A DNA stretch of 64,000 bases from Bdellovibrionaceae bacterium UBA6776 (GCA_002453155.1 DKGG01000023.1:13785-77784), one strand, 5' to 3'. Positions 38,603 to 47,655 are shown, counted from the stretch's first letter. Made by a program: numbers and translations. Notes: generated by a model not told the origin, from the letters alone.

Positions 38603-39316
38603 TTAAGATCCAAGAGATTCAAATTCAGCGAGTGCCCTTGGGCGAAGGATCGTAATATAATGATCATTTGTCGAAATAAATCCCTGTTTAGACCATTCAC
38701 TCATTATTCGTATGATGGATTCGACGGTAGAACCCAGGCTGTTGGCGATTTCTTTTCGAGTCAGGGGAATTGAAATTTCAATCTGTTCATTTTCATTCGG
38801 AGAATCAGTCCATTTAGCGAGTTGAATCAGCAAGGAAGCTACCTTTGCTTGGAGGGGAGCCTTCAATAGAGCCTTCTGGTTTTGTAAGGCGCCCATGCGA
38901 CTTGAAATCAGTTTTTGAATGCCAAAGATCAATTGGGTTTCCTTGTGCCAACTCATTGTGTAATTAATTTTAGGTACCTCAATGGCTCGAGAAGGTCCCA
39001 TAGCGACGGCATTGAGAGGGTAAGTGGGATGAGGCTGAGCCATTATGAATGCAGCAATAACGTCGCCAGGTGTAGAAAAATGAATGATAATATCTTCTCC
39101 TCCCGCCGCGGGCTTGGAGAGCTTAAAGGCTCCGCTGACAACCACGTAGAACGCCTCAGCTGTATCGCCTAATTCGAATAATGTCTCTCGGTGCTCACAA
39201 ATACGAACACTGCTGTCCGCAAAGAGATTCTCTATGATAGAGTCGGTATAAGCTCTAAAGAGCGACAAGGACTTGATTTCCGGAATAACGCCGAGATCTT
39301 TTAGAGTTTGAGGCAT
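38603..39316 (-). CDS. Crp/Fnr-family transcription factor (Dnr/NnrR-like, no N-terminal Cys cluster)
   Basis: cNMP-binding-like beta-roll and a C-terminal HTH (RKEIANSLGSTVESIIRIMSEW). It lacks an Fnr-type Cys motif. Confidence 0.8.
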   Translation of the reverse strand: MPQTLKDLGVIPEIKSLSLFRAYTDSIIENLFADSSVRICEHRETLFELGDTAEAFYVVVSGAFKLSKPAAGGEDIIIHFSTPGDVIAAFIMAQPHPTYPLNAVAMGPSRAIEVPKINYTMSWHKETQLIFGIQKLISSRMGALQNQKALLKAPLQAKVASLLIQLAKWTDSPNENEQIEISIPLTRKEIANSLGSTVESIIRIMSEWSKQGFISTNDHYITILRPRALAEFESLGS

Positions 39317-39443
39317 ATGGTTTGAATAGCGGATTTCTAAAGAAACATCAAAATTATTTTGGCTAGGCAGCGGCGGCTCAGATCAGACAGGATCGGATCT
39401 GGCAACGTCCCAGGGCCGTATGAGGACCTCAACCCGATTTCCT

Positions 39444-41498
39444 CTAGAATGCAGTTGTAAAAGTTCCTGTGGTCATCACTGAGTAGCGGTCATAGGCATA
39501 GCTGGATGACACGGTGGAAGAGTTGTTCGAATAACTGGCCACCACACTCCATGTGAACCACTCTTTCAATGGCTGGGCAAATGAAGTGGACACAGTGATG
39601 TTGTTGTCCTTGCGGCCATTGGAAGAGTTCACATAATTCAAAATATAATAATTCAACGACGTGGCCCAACTGCTGTCTTTCATCACTGGACGAGCATAGG
39701 TGATTCCGGTTTCATAACGCTGGTAGATTTTTTCTTTTCCTTTGGCCTGGTTCAAAGACGCCTTCAAAGATCCGGCCAAAGCTTCTTTTCGCTTCGGTCC
39801 AATTTTTACAGTTTGCGTGGTGCCCAAAGTGTACTTGTTGGAACTCAAATCATTGTCGCCGGTGGAACTGGCCAGCGAAAAGCTGTCCAAACGGTATTCC
39901 AAGGAATATTCCGAAAACCAATCTGTTTGCATCACTCGCATGTAAGAGGCTTTCAATTTGGCTGAATTTAAAATGTTCTTCTTTGTGGAGTTGCCAGACT
40001 CTGCCATAAACAGACTTTCATAGCCGGGAGTGATCGCAATGATCGAAGGAAGTTTTCCAGCTTTTGTGTAAGTGAAAGGAGCGGACAAACTGTAAAGCCA
40101 AGGATCCGCCTGAGCCAAACTGCTTTTTGAAGAGTTCATTAAAGTGGCGCCAGCCTTTACATCCCAAGTTCGGTTGTCCTCCCAAATGGCCTTATAAGTA
40201 AGATCTCCCATGGTCAACAAACGCACATCACTTTCTTTAAGACTGGAGCCTTGAGTGGTTTCCAAATCTGGTGCCAGCAAAACGTTGGAGTCGTACATCA
40301 ACCCTGCGGTGCCGGTGACATGAAATTTCTTTTCTTTCAATTTTTTCAGACGGTGGGCTTTGATGGCGGCTTCAATGTATTCCTCAGCACGTTCATCCAG
40401 CTTTGGATCTTTTGAAGTGTCCAAAACCGTTTCAAAAGACGTCTGACACTCTTCATATTTTTCTTGCTTGAACAAGATCGCACCAATGTAAAAGTGCGCA
40501 GAAGGAGCCATCACCTCATCATTTGAAGCTGCAACGATTTTGAATTTTTCAACGGACTTGTCCCACTCCTCCAAACGATAGTGGCTCAATCCCATAAAAT
40601 AATTCTTTTCAACTTCTTCAACACCTTGAGTTTCAGCCAAATTGAAAGCGACCAAGGCTTCATTGTATTTTTCGTTCTTGTACAAGGAAACGCCGTAGCG
40701 ATAGTAAATGGACTTGTTCTCAGGATCCAAACTGGCAGCGTCTTTGAACTTGGCTTCCGCAGTGACAAAGTCCCCTTTTTCGTAAGCAGCCATGGCTTCT
40801 GCTGCCAAACGGTTCGCCTCTTCCATGCGTTTTTTTCTTTCAGCCTCACTCAGTTTCTTTTGAGCTGCCATTTGCTCTTCGATTCTTTGCTTTTCAATTT
40901 GCTCCAAGCGTAAGCGCTCCATCTCTTTGTCGGCCGTTTTTTGGGCCTCCAGAGCTGCAGCATCTGCTAGGATGTCTTTTGGAGTGTTTTGAGAGGGAGA
41001 CGTGGGAACTTTGGCCTGGCCTCTCAAAGAGCGGCGTTCTTGAAACAAATCCCAGGCTCGTTGAGCTTGGTTCTTGGTATCATAAACATCGATGATGTTT
41101 TCTTCAGACGTGCGTTTGATAATGACGGGCTTTCGAAAGACTTTGTTCTGAGAAATCAGTTTATAAAATTGATCCATTTGTCCTCTTAAAGATTGGGGAG
41201 GAATGTAAACTTCCGGAACAATTTTTGATTGGCCTTTCACTTCAATTTGAAAAGTTCCTTTGAACTCCGAGGAATCTGGAGCTGTTTCCTCTAAATGAAC
41301 TTGAAAAAGTTTTTTTGAAGAGCGGTCACGAATCACTAAAAAGGCAGACTCAATTTTAGTTGGTGATTTGTTCCAAGAGGGGGAACCGTAGACGATGTCA
41401 TATCGGGAATTAGCTTCTTCCGGCGTCACTTTTGAAAAGGAACTTTGAGTGAAAAACAAACACCAAATACAGACAGTGAGAAGATAGGGTCTCATCAT
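39444..41498 (-). CDS. Outer-membrane protein: N-terminal domain, coiled coil, TPR repeats and C-terminal beta-barrel (Slam/DUF560-like architecture guess)
   Basis: It has a signal peptide, TPR-like helices (AEAMAAYEKGDFVTAEAKFKDA...) and about 300 aa of alternating beta pattern. The C-terminus ends TGTFTTAF with a terminal Phe. Confidence 0.7.
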   Translation of the reverse strand: MMRPYLLTVCIWCLFFTQSSFSKVTPEEANSRYDIVYGSPSWNKSPTKIESAFLVIRDRSSKKLFQVHLEETAPDSSEFKGTFQIEVKGQSKIVPEVYIPPQSLRGQMDQFYKLISQNKVFRKPVIIKRTSEENIIDVYDTKNQAQRAWDLFQERRSLRGQAKVPTSPSQNTPKDILADAAALEAQKTADKEMERLRLEQIEKQRIEEQMAAQKKLSEAERKKRMEEANRLAAEAMAAYEKGDFVTAEAKFKDAASLDPENKSIYYRYGVSLYKNEKYNEALVAFNLAETQGVEEVEKNYFMGLSHYRLEEWDKSVEKFKIVAASNDEVMAPSAHFYIGAILFKQEKYEECQTSFETVLDTSKDPKLDERAEEYIEAAIKAHRLKKLKEKKFHVTGTAGLMYDSNVLLAPDLETTQGSSLKESDVRLLTMGDLTYKAIWEDNRTWDVKAGATLMNSSKSSLAQADPWLYSLSAPFTYTKAGKLPSIIAITPGYESLFMAESGNSTKKNILNSAKLKASYMRVMQTDWFSEYSLEYRLDSFSLASSTGDNDLSSNKYTLGTTQTVKIGPKRKEALAGSLKASLNQAKGKEKIYQRYETGITYARPVMKDSSWATSLNYYILNYVNSSNGRKDNNITVSTSFAQPLKEWFTWSVVASYSNNSSTVSSSYAYDRYSVMTTGTFTTAF

Positions 41499-41603
41499 TG
41501 AGGCAGCTCCAAGTTGTTGAAATGTCTGCCCTTAGGATAATAGATTGTTTACGAACTGAAAACCAAAGGCCTCATAAAGATTTCTTTATGAGGCTAAGGT
41601 CTG

Positions 41604-43139
41604 TTACTGCTGATTGATGATAATTTTCAGTCGCGCATCGCCAGACTGAATGGTGTCCCGAACCGTATCTGTCAGACCGGGATCAATCGGTGGAGCTAAG
41701 ACGGGAATTTCGGGCATCAAAGGTTGAGAACCTGGTCCAAAATCTGTATTTCCCGGACCTCCGGCCAAATCACTGTCACCAATCATCGGTCCTGGTCCAC
41801 CAGGTCCTTCCATGGGAGGAGGGGGAGCTCCACCTTCGGGGCCACCAGGTCCAACGGGACCGCCTGGTCCTGGATTCATAGGGCCAGCAGAAGCCGGTCC
41901 ACGTTCACTACCACCATCGGGTCCGCCACCAGGACCACCAGGTCCCGCAGCTCCATTGGGTCCACCTTGTTGAGAACCGGGTGCACCACCGGGGCCACCG
42001 GCAGTTTTCTCTCCGCCATTTGGTCCGGCATTTCCAGCAGGACCGCCTTTGCCGCCACCATCAGGTCCGGCGCGATTAGGTCCACCGCTTTGACCATTGC
42101 CACCGCGCGGCCCACCGTTTCCTTTGTCACCGTTTGAAGCTTGATTTCCTTCTTTTGGTCCGCCATTTCCTTTGTTGTCGCCATTGTTTCCGGCATTCGT
42201 AGGACCTTTTTTGCCGCCACCATCTTCAGCACGACCGCTGTTGTCTTTTTTATCGCCACCGTTTCCGGCTTGGCTGTTTCCTTTGCCTTTGTCTCCACCT
42301 TCGGCTTTTTCTCCACTGCGGCCATTGTTTTTAGAATCTTTCGAATCCGCAGACTTTTTATCGCCTCTTCCACCGTCTTCAGAACGGGCATTTCCGTCTT
42401 TTTTATCTTTTCCATCTCCAGACTCTTTGCCTTTTCCATCTTTAGAGGCGTTTTGATCGCCACCCTCAGTGGAAGGGCCTTCCCCGGTTGCAGTTTCTGC
42501 ATCCGTTTCTTTGTCCATTTTCTTCATTTCGCTCTGAGGAACCGGTTGTGAAACGGGGGGAGCTCCACCTTTAGAAATGGTGGCCATATTTCCTGGGGTC
42601 ACTTGAACAGAGCCCGTAATTTGTCCCCCAGGACCGGGCGTTCCGAACTCCACTTTACCTTCGAAAGTGACAACTTGAGAGTTTCCTGTGTTTTGATCAT
42701 AAGAAGTTAAGAAGTTGGTTCCGCGAACACCGGCAACCGCAGAAGGTGTTTTCACCTGGAACTTGCTAGTGCGGCCATCGTACTTTTGCTCTACTTTCGA
42801 GCGCACTTTTCCGTAGATCACATTTAACAAAACGTCCTTCTTGTTTTGTCCCGGGTCGTATTCGTACTTTTCGATTTTGATTTGAGTGTCGGGTGAAATG
42901 TTAATTTCGTTGTTGTCCACCATAACCACTTTGGCGCGAGAGTTTTTCGCAGCCATAATGATGTCACCAGGAAGAACTTTGGATCCGATCCGTGCACGTG
43001 AAACCTGTCCACTTTGCGCAGACTTCACTTTGATCTGTCCTTTTACAACTCGAAATACACCATGAGCTCCACTGGCCCATGCAGAAGCGTTTACAAATGT
43101 AAGGCTTAATGCAAGCAAGAGAGTCGTCCATAAATTCAT
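41604..43139 (-). CDS. Secreted FecR-domain protein with about 330-aa Gly/Pro/Asn/Lys-rich low-complexity tail
   Basis: The signal peptide ends AWA. A FecR-like region follows (VVKGQIKVKSAQ...VLPGDIIMAAKNSRAKVVMVDNNEINISPDTQIKI). The C-terminal disordered region produces many spurious ORFs on both strands. Confidence 0.75.
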   Translation of the reverse strand: MNLWTTLLLALSLTFVNASAWASGAHGVFRVVKGQIKVKSAQSGQVSRARIGSKVLPGDIIMAAKNSRAKVVMVDNNEINISPDTQIKIEKYEYDPGQNKKDVLLNVIYGKVRSKVEQKYDGRTSKFQVKTPSAVAGVRGTNFLTSYDQNTGNSQVVTFEGKVEFGTPGPGGQITGSVQVTPGNMATISKGGAPPVSQPVPQSEMKKMDKETDAETATGEGPSTEGGDQNASKDGKGKESGDGKDKKDGNARSEDGGRGDKKSADSKDSKNNGRSGEKAEGGDKGKGNSQAGNGGDKKDNSGRAEDGGGKKGPTNAGNNGDNKGNGGPKEGNQASNGDKGNGGPRGGNGQSGGPNRAGPDGGGKGGPAGNAGPNGGEKTAGGPGGAPGSQQGGPNGAAGPGGPGGGPDGGSERGPASAGPMNPGPGGPVGPGGPEGGAPPPPMEGPGGPGPMIGDSDLAGGPGNTDFGPGSQPLMPEIPVLAPPIDPGLTDTVRDTIQSGDARLKIIINQQ

Positions 43140-43232
43140 GGTTTTGTCCTTCCTACGGTCAACGTTTCATAGGGATGCCCTATATATGTATCGGTATGTT
43201 CGAAGAAGCATTAAACTTAATTCTGCGGAATA

Positions 43233-43781
43233 TTAGGAGAGGTGTTTTATTTTGGAACAAGAATCAATCACTTGATCGCAGATCAGCTCTGGAATGGACT
43301 CTTGGGGAGTGGTGACTCCAATTTTCTTGTATTCATCAGTGTTCCGAAGCAAGACAGAGCGCATTCCTGCCCGATGTCCAGCAATCACATCGGTCAAACG
43401 ATCGCCAAACATCCAGGACTGTGCGGGGTCGATGTTGTGCCACTGAATGGCTTCCAAAAGCATTCCGGGGTTTGGCTTTCGCATAAAGTGATTGGAATCC
43501 GTCATGTAGGGAGCGGAATGAAAACTCAAAATATCTACGCCCTCTTTGGCGAAGTCTTGGCGAATCACTTCATGAATCTGATTGAGGTTTTTTACATCCA
43601 CCAGGCCTCGGGGTACTCCCGATTGGTTGGTGGCCACACAAAAGATAAAGCCTTGATCTCGAAAATCTCTCAAAGCTTCAAAGACCCCAGGCAAATACTC
43701 AATGGCATTGGGATCATTCAAATAAATTTTGTCTACGATGAGGGTTCCGTCTCGATCAAAAATGATGGCTTTCTTTTTCAT
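43233..43781 (-). CDS. gmhB: D,D-heptose 1,7-bisphosphate phosphatase / HisB-N-type HAD phosphatase
   Basis: Motifs FDRDGTLI, VATNQSG and FGDRLTD are present. Confidence 0.75.
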   Translation of the reverse strand: MKKKAIIFDRDGTLIVDKIYLNDPNAIEYLPGVFEALRDFRDQGFIFCVATNQSGVPRGLVDVKNLNQIHEVIRQDFAKEGVDILSFHSAPYMTDSNHFMRKPNPGMLLEAIQWHNIDPAQSWMFGDRLTDVIAGHRAGMRSVLLRNTDEYKKIGVTTPQESIPELICDQVIDSCSKIKHLS

Positions 43782-43793
43782 GAGCTTTGGATC

Positions 43794-44756
43794 CTACTTG
43801 GATTTTTTCCGAAGGGACATGGATGACGCTGAGAGTGGATGAGCCTTTTCCATTTCTCTAGAGAGATGGTCCAAACTGAGGTGGGTGTATTTCTGAGTGG
43901 CTGCCAAAGATTTGTGCCCCAAGAGCATTTGGATCACTCTCAAATCGGATCCGGAATTCAATAGATGAGTGGCGTAAGAATGCCTTAAAGAGTGGGGGTG
44001 CAAGGGACGGGTCAAGCCGGTGCGGGCTCCTAAGTTTCGAATCCATTGGTAGCCGGTGCGTTCATTCAATGCATGGCCTTCTGCCAAGACGTAGTCACCC
44101 TTTTGAGGAAGGCATTTGAGGTGATCTCCTAAAAACCGAGGAATTGCGACCATGCGTTCGGTGCCGCCTTTTCCGCGGATGCGCACCAGTTGTTCGGACA
44201 AATGAATCTGATCCCACTTTAGATGGCAGGCTTCAGATATTCGAAGCCCCAGTCCATATAGAAGCAGTGCCAGGGTGAGGGTCTTTGGCTCTTTGGTGTT
44301 TTCTTTGGCGGTTTGGAGCACAGAGAGACATTCGTCCAAAGATAGAAAATGAGGAATTTTTTGGGGCACTTTGGGTGCGGTGATTTTTAACGACAGATCA
44401 CTTTCAAAAATCCCCTCCTGATAGCCCCATTTAAAGAAGGATCTCATGGCCGAAAGTTTCCGCTGGCGGGTGGAGGGTTGAAGGGGAGACCACTCTTTTT
44501 GGGCACCGGGGAGACGTTTTGCGGACCATGTGAGTAAAGTTTTCACCCTTTCAGAGGAGGGGGAATTTTTGAAATTATTGCTCAGTAGGGATTTAAAAGC
44601 TTTTGGGCTTTGAAAAAACTGCCCCAGGTCTATGGCATAGCTCTTGATAGTTAAGTGGCTGGCAGCCTGAGTTTGCTCAAGGTATTTCAGATACTTATGA
44701 ACCAAACCAGACAAAAATTGTCGGTCTTGCAGTGACAATTGAGGGCTCTCACTCAC
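43794..44756 (-). CDS. Tyrosine recombinase, XerC/XerD type
   Basis: N-terminal SAM-like domain (TIKSYAIDLGQFF). Catalytic motifs are RISEACHL, HSLRHSYATHLL and LLGHKSLAATQKYTH. Confidence 0.8.
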   Translation of the reverse strand: MSESPQLSLQDRQFLSGLVHKYLKYLEQTQAASHLTIKSYAIDLGQFFQSPKAFKSLLSNNFKNSPSSERVKTLLTWSAKRLPGAQKEWSPLQPSTRQRKLSAMRSFFKWGYQEGIFESDLSLKITAPKVPQKIPHFLSLDECLSVLQTAKENTKEPKTLTLALLLYGLGLRISEACHLKWDQIHLSEQLVRIRGKGGTERMVAIPRFLGDHLKCLPQKGDYVLAEGHALNERTGYQWIRNLGARTGLTRPLHPHSLRHSYATHLLNSGSDLRVIQMLLGHKSLAATQKYTHLSLDHLSREMEKAHPLSASSMSLRKKSK

Positions 44757-44897
44757 CGGGAAAAGCCTTCAAAGGAATTTGCAAAAATGACTTGATTTGT
44801 ATGTCGCGCCCTGTTAGAACAACGTGTCATTTTGACACGAAGTGTCTTTAGGACGTGAGCAGGCGACAACAAAAACTTAACGATAGGGGTTGTACGT

Positions 44898-45953
44898 ATG
44901 TCGATCATGGATAAAAACCAGCTTTCTTCTGGTACTGGAAAACTTCCAGGTGCCAAAGATAATAGCGTCTCAGAAACAAAGAAAATCGTCTACCGGTCCG
45001 AGGTCATGAATCAACTCATGAGAATGGTGGATCGCGTGGCTCCCTCCAATGCCACAGTCTTGGTTTTAGGGGAATCTGGAACCGGAAAAGAATTGATCGC
45101 TCAGGCGATTCACGAGCGTTCCAACCGCAGAAACAAGCCCTTTGTGGCCATCAACTGCGGAGCTTTGAGAGAAACACTTTTGGAATCTGAACTTTTTGGA
45201 CACGAAAAAGGAGCCTTCACCGGAGCCTATTCGCGAAAGATCGGTTTGGCGGAAGTGGCCAACGGCGGAACTTTGTTTTTGGATGAAATTGGAGAGCTTT
45301 CTCCAGGCATTCAAGCCAAACTTCTTCGTTTTCTTCAAGAAGGTGAGATCTATCGCGTTGGCGGAAAAGATCCCATCAAAGTTGATATCCGATTGATCAG
45401 TGCAACCAACCGAGAGTTGGACAAAGAGGTGATGAGAGGCTCTTTTAGAGAAGACCTTTTCTACCGAATCAACACCATTATGGTTCACTCTCCACCTTTG
45501 CGTCGACGCAAAGATGACATTCCTTTGTTGATTGAACATTTTCTCTCCAATGGAACCATGGGGTTTTTAAACCGTGGTCGCACCATGAGCGAAGATGCCA
45601 TGAAAATCATGATGAAGTACGACTGGCCAGGAAACATTCGTGAACTTCAAAACGTTTGCGAGCGATTGCAGATTTTGTCTGAAGGTCACACCATTATGCC
45701 AGGGGACCTTCCTGATCAGATTCGTGATCCTGAACACAAGATCATCGTGGATGACTATGATCCCACTTTGACTTTGCACGAACTGGAAAAGCGCTACATC
45801 TTGAAAGCTCTCAATTATTTTGAGGGGAATAAAACTCAGGCGGCAAACGCCTTAGGGATCACCATCAAGACGCTTTACAATAAGCTTCACGAATACGGTG
45901 AGTTCGAGAAGTACGCGGTCCATTCAAAGCCTGCCAAATCAGGCAGCAACTGA
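44898..45953 (+). CDS. Sigma54-dependent transcriptional activator lacking a sensory/receiver domain (PspF-like architecture)
   Basis: Only about 40 aa precede the AAA+ domain. Motifs are GESGTGKE, ELFGHEKGAFTGA, and a C-terminal Fis-type HTH (NKTQAANALGITIKTLYNKL). Confidence 0.85.
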   Translation: MSIMDKNQLSSGTGKLPGAKDNSVSETKKIVYRSEVMNQLMRMVDRVAPSNATVLVLGESGTGKELIAQAIHERSNRRNKPFVAINCGALRETLLESELFGHEKGAFTGAYSRKIGLAEVANGGTLFLDEIGELSPGIQAKLLRFLQEGEIYRVGGKDPIKVDIRLISATNRELDKEVMRGSFREDLFYRINTIMVHSPPLRRRKDDIPLLIEHFLSNGTMGFLNRGRTMSEDAMKIMMKYDWPGNIRELQNVCERLQILSEGHTIMPGDLPDQIRDPEHKIIVDDYDPTLTLHELEKRYILKALNYFEGNKTQAANALGITIKTLYNKLHEYGEFEKYAVHSKPAKSGSN

Positions 45954-45975
45954 TTCTGTTCGTAACACCCTATCA

Positions 45976-46011
45976 AATAAAAAAAGCTGTCCGCGAGGAC
46001 AGCTTTTTTTT
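45976..46011. terminator. Bidirectional rho-independent terminator between convergent genes
   Basis: An A-run, the stem-loop AGCTGTCC GCGA GGACAGCT, then a T-run. Confidence 0.8.
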
Positions 46012-46034
46012 AGGAAGAGATGATCTGTGCGGAC

Positions 46035-46679
46035 TTAGAAGTAACCTTCGTCGTCACCCATATCATCGTCTTCAAAATTGTCGACGGCAGGGTCGTCAAA
46101 AGGATCATCCAAATCTTCCATTTCATCGGTCAGACTGTCTTCCTCAATGCTATCAAATTCAAACTCGTCATCCACCACAGTTTCTGGAGCGTCTTCTGCA
46201 GAAGGTTCACTCATCGGAGCATAGGGGTTGTTGTAGATGGGCTCAGCCTTTTCGACCACGGGTTCTGGAGCCAAAACCACTGGCGCAGACACGGAAGTGA
46301 TTTTTTTAACGGCGGTCTTTTTGGCTTTTTTGGGAGCCACTTTTTTAGCGCTCGTTTTTTTACCAGTGGCCTTTTTGCTCGATTTTTTCGCAACTTTTTT
46401 GCTGGCCTTTTTGGGAGCGGCTTTCTTAGAAGCTTTTTTGCTCACCTTCTTTGAGGTTTTTTTTGCGGCAGCTTTTTTCGTCGTCTTTTTGGCTGCTTTT
46501 TTACTGGCCTTTTTAGATGCCTTTTTTGTCGCCTTTTTAGAAGTTTTCTTGGAAGCGGCCTTTTTCACAGATTTTTTCTTGGAAGTCTTTTTGCTGGCCT
46601 TTTTTGGAGCGGCTTTTTTCGCTTTAGACTTTTTTGTTGTGGACTTCTTAGATTTTGATGTTTTCTTCTTTTTTGCCAT
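46035..46679 (-). CDS. Histone H1/Hc1-like lysine-rich protein with strongly acidic C-terminal tail
   Basis: ATG 46679 lies 8 nt after AGGGGGA. About 130 aa of (A/S/T)KK(A/T/S)xKK repeats are followed by about 70 aa rich in D/E, ending DDDMGDDEGYF. Confidence 0.75.
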   Translation of the reverse strand: MAKKKKTSKSKKSTTKKSKAKKAAPKKASKKTSKKKSVKKAASKKTSKKATKKASKKASKKAAKKTTKKAAAKKTSKKVSKKASKKAAPKKASKKVAKKSSKKATGKKTSAKKVAPKKAKKTAVKKITSVSAPVVLAPEPVVEKAEPIYNNPYAPMSEPSAEDAPETVVDDEFEFDSIEEDSLTDEMEDLDDPFDDPAVDNFEDDDMGDDEGYF

Positions 46680-46753
46680 GAACAAATCCCCCTTAGAATA
46701 CCTCGAGTGTAGATTTTCTCTTTTCATTTTCCTAGTGTTTTCGAAGAGGGTCG

Positions 46754-46789
46754 AAAAAAAATAAAAAGGCCCGGAACGAATCCGGGCCT
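46754..46789 (-). terminator. Rho-independent terminator of fliC
   Basis: The minus strand reads AGGCCCGGATTCGTTCCGGGCCTTTTTATTTTTTTT. Confidence 0.8.
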
Positions 46790-46821
46790 TCGAAGTTCAT
46801 AGAACCTTAGTCGGGCAGGTA

Positions 46822-47655
46822 TTAGCCAATCAACTTAAGGGCTGCAGCGTTGGTTTGGTTCGCTTGAGCCAAAGTCGCAGTTGAGGCCTGAAGCATGATG
46901 TTGTTTCGGGTCAACTCTGAAGAGGCTTCAGCCACATCCGTGTCACGGATTCGACTGTTTGCAGCAGAGAGGTTTTCCTCGGCAACACCCAAGTTGTTCA
47001 CTGTAGACATCAATCGGTTTTGAAGAGCACCCAGATTAGATCTCATGCTGTTCACTCCCAATTGAGCATCATCCAGAGAAGACAAGGCTTCTTGAGCGCC
47101 TTCTTTGCTGGTGTAGTCCAGACCGGCCAACCCAAGTGCGTCTAAAGTGGCAACGTTTTGAGAGGCATCAAAAGAGATGCGGTCTTCAGAATCGTTGTTG
47201 AAAACACCCACTTGGAAGTCGAAAACAGGCGTTGTTCCATCAAGAAGTTTGGTTGTTCCCCACTTCGTTACAGAAGCAATACGTTGCATTTCGTCTTTGA
47301 GCTGTTGAATTTCTTTGTCGATAAATCCTCGCTCAGACTCACCAATGGTGTCAGAAGCGGCTTGGATACCCAACTCTCTCATACGAGTGATGATGTTTCC
47401 AATTTCGTTCAATCCACCTTCAGCCACTTGAACCATAGAGATACCATCGTTCGCGTTGCGGTTGGCTTGTCGAGTTGATCGGATTTGACCTTTTAAGTTT
47501 TCAGAAATTGCTAGACCGGCGGCATCGTCGGCAGCTTTGTTGATTCGAGATCCACTTGATAATTTCGCAAGTGAGCTCTGAATGTTGGACTGGCTACCAG
47601 AAAGGTTTCTTTGAGCGTTAATCGCTGCAATGTTTGTTGATACTCTCATTCCCAT
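46822..47655 (-). CDS. fliC: Flagellin
   Basis: AAGGAG RBS. Conserved N-terminus (RVSTNIAAINAQRNL...SSGSRINKAADDAAGLAI) and C-terminus (LQASTATLAQANQTNAAALKLIG). Confidence 0.9.
   Translation of the reverse strand: MGMRVSTNIAAINAQRNLSGSQSNIQSSLAKLSSGSRINKAADDAAGLAISENLKGQIRSTRQANRNANDGISMVQVAEGGLNEIGNIITRMRELGIQAASDTIGESERGFIDKEIQQLKDEMQRIASVTKWGTTKLLDGTTPVFDFQVGVFNNDSEDRISFDASQNVATLDALGLAGLDYTSKEGAQEALSSLDDAQLGVNSMRSNLGALQNRLMSTVNNLGVAEENLSAANSRIRDTDVAEASSELTRNNIMLQASTATLAQANQTNAAALKLIG

Noticed and set aside
41690-42551. Multiple overlapping ORFs on both strands (41724-42137 +, 41876-42502 -, 42141-42551 +, 42172-42456 +) in the GGN/CCN-rich tract
   Set aside because: These are artefacts of the low-complexity Gly/Pro/Lys-coding region of the FecR-domain gene. 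Only the 41604-43139 minus frame has a signal peptide and a folded N-terminal domain.
43794-44756. Tyrosine recombinase as the integrase of the nearby nitrite island or of a prophage
   Set aside because: Its sequence features are those of housekeeping XerC/XerD. It lies more than 4 kb from the island border, with core-like genes in between, and no att-like repeats or phage genes are present.
46020-46764. Plus-strand ORFs (46020-46454 and 46237-46764) opposite the lysine-rich gene
   Set aside because: They translate to Phe/Leu/Ala runs, the mirror of AAG/AAA codons, and have no RBS. The minus-strand frame has a strong RBS, an ATG and a terminator.
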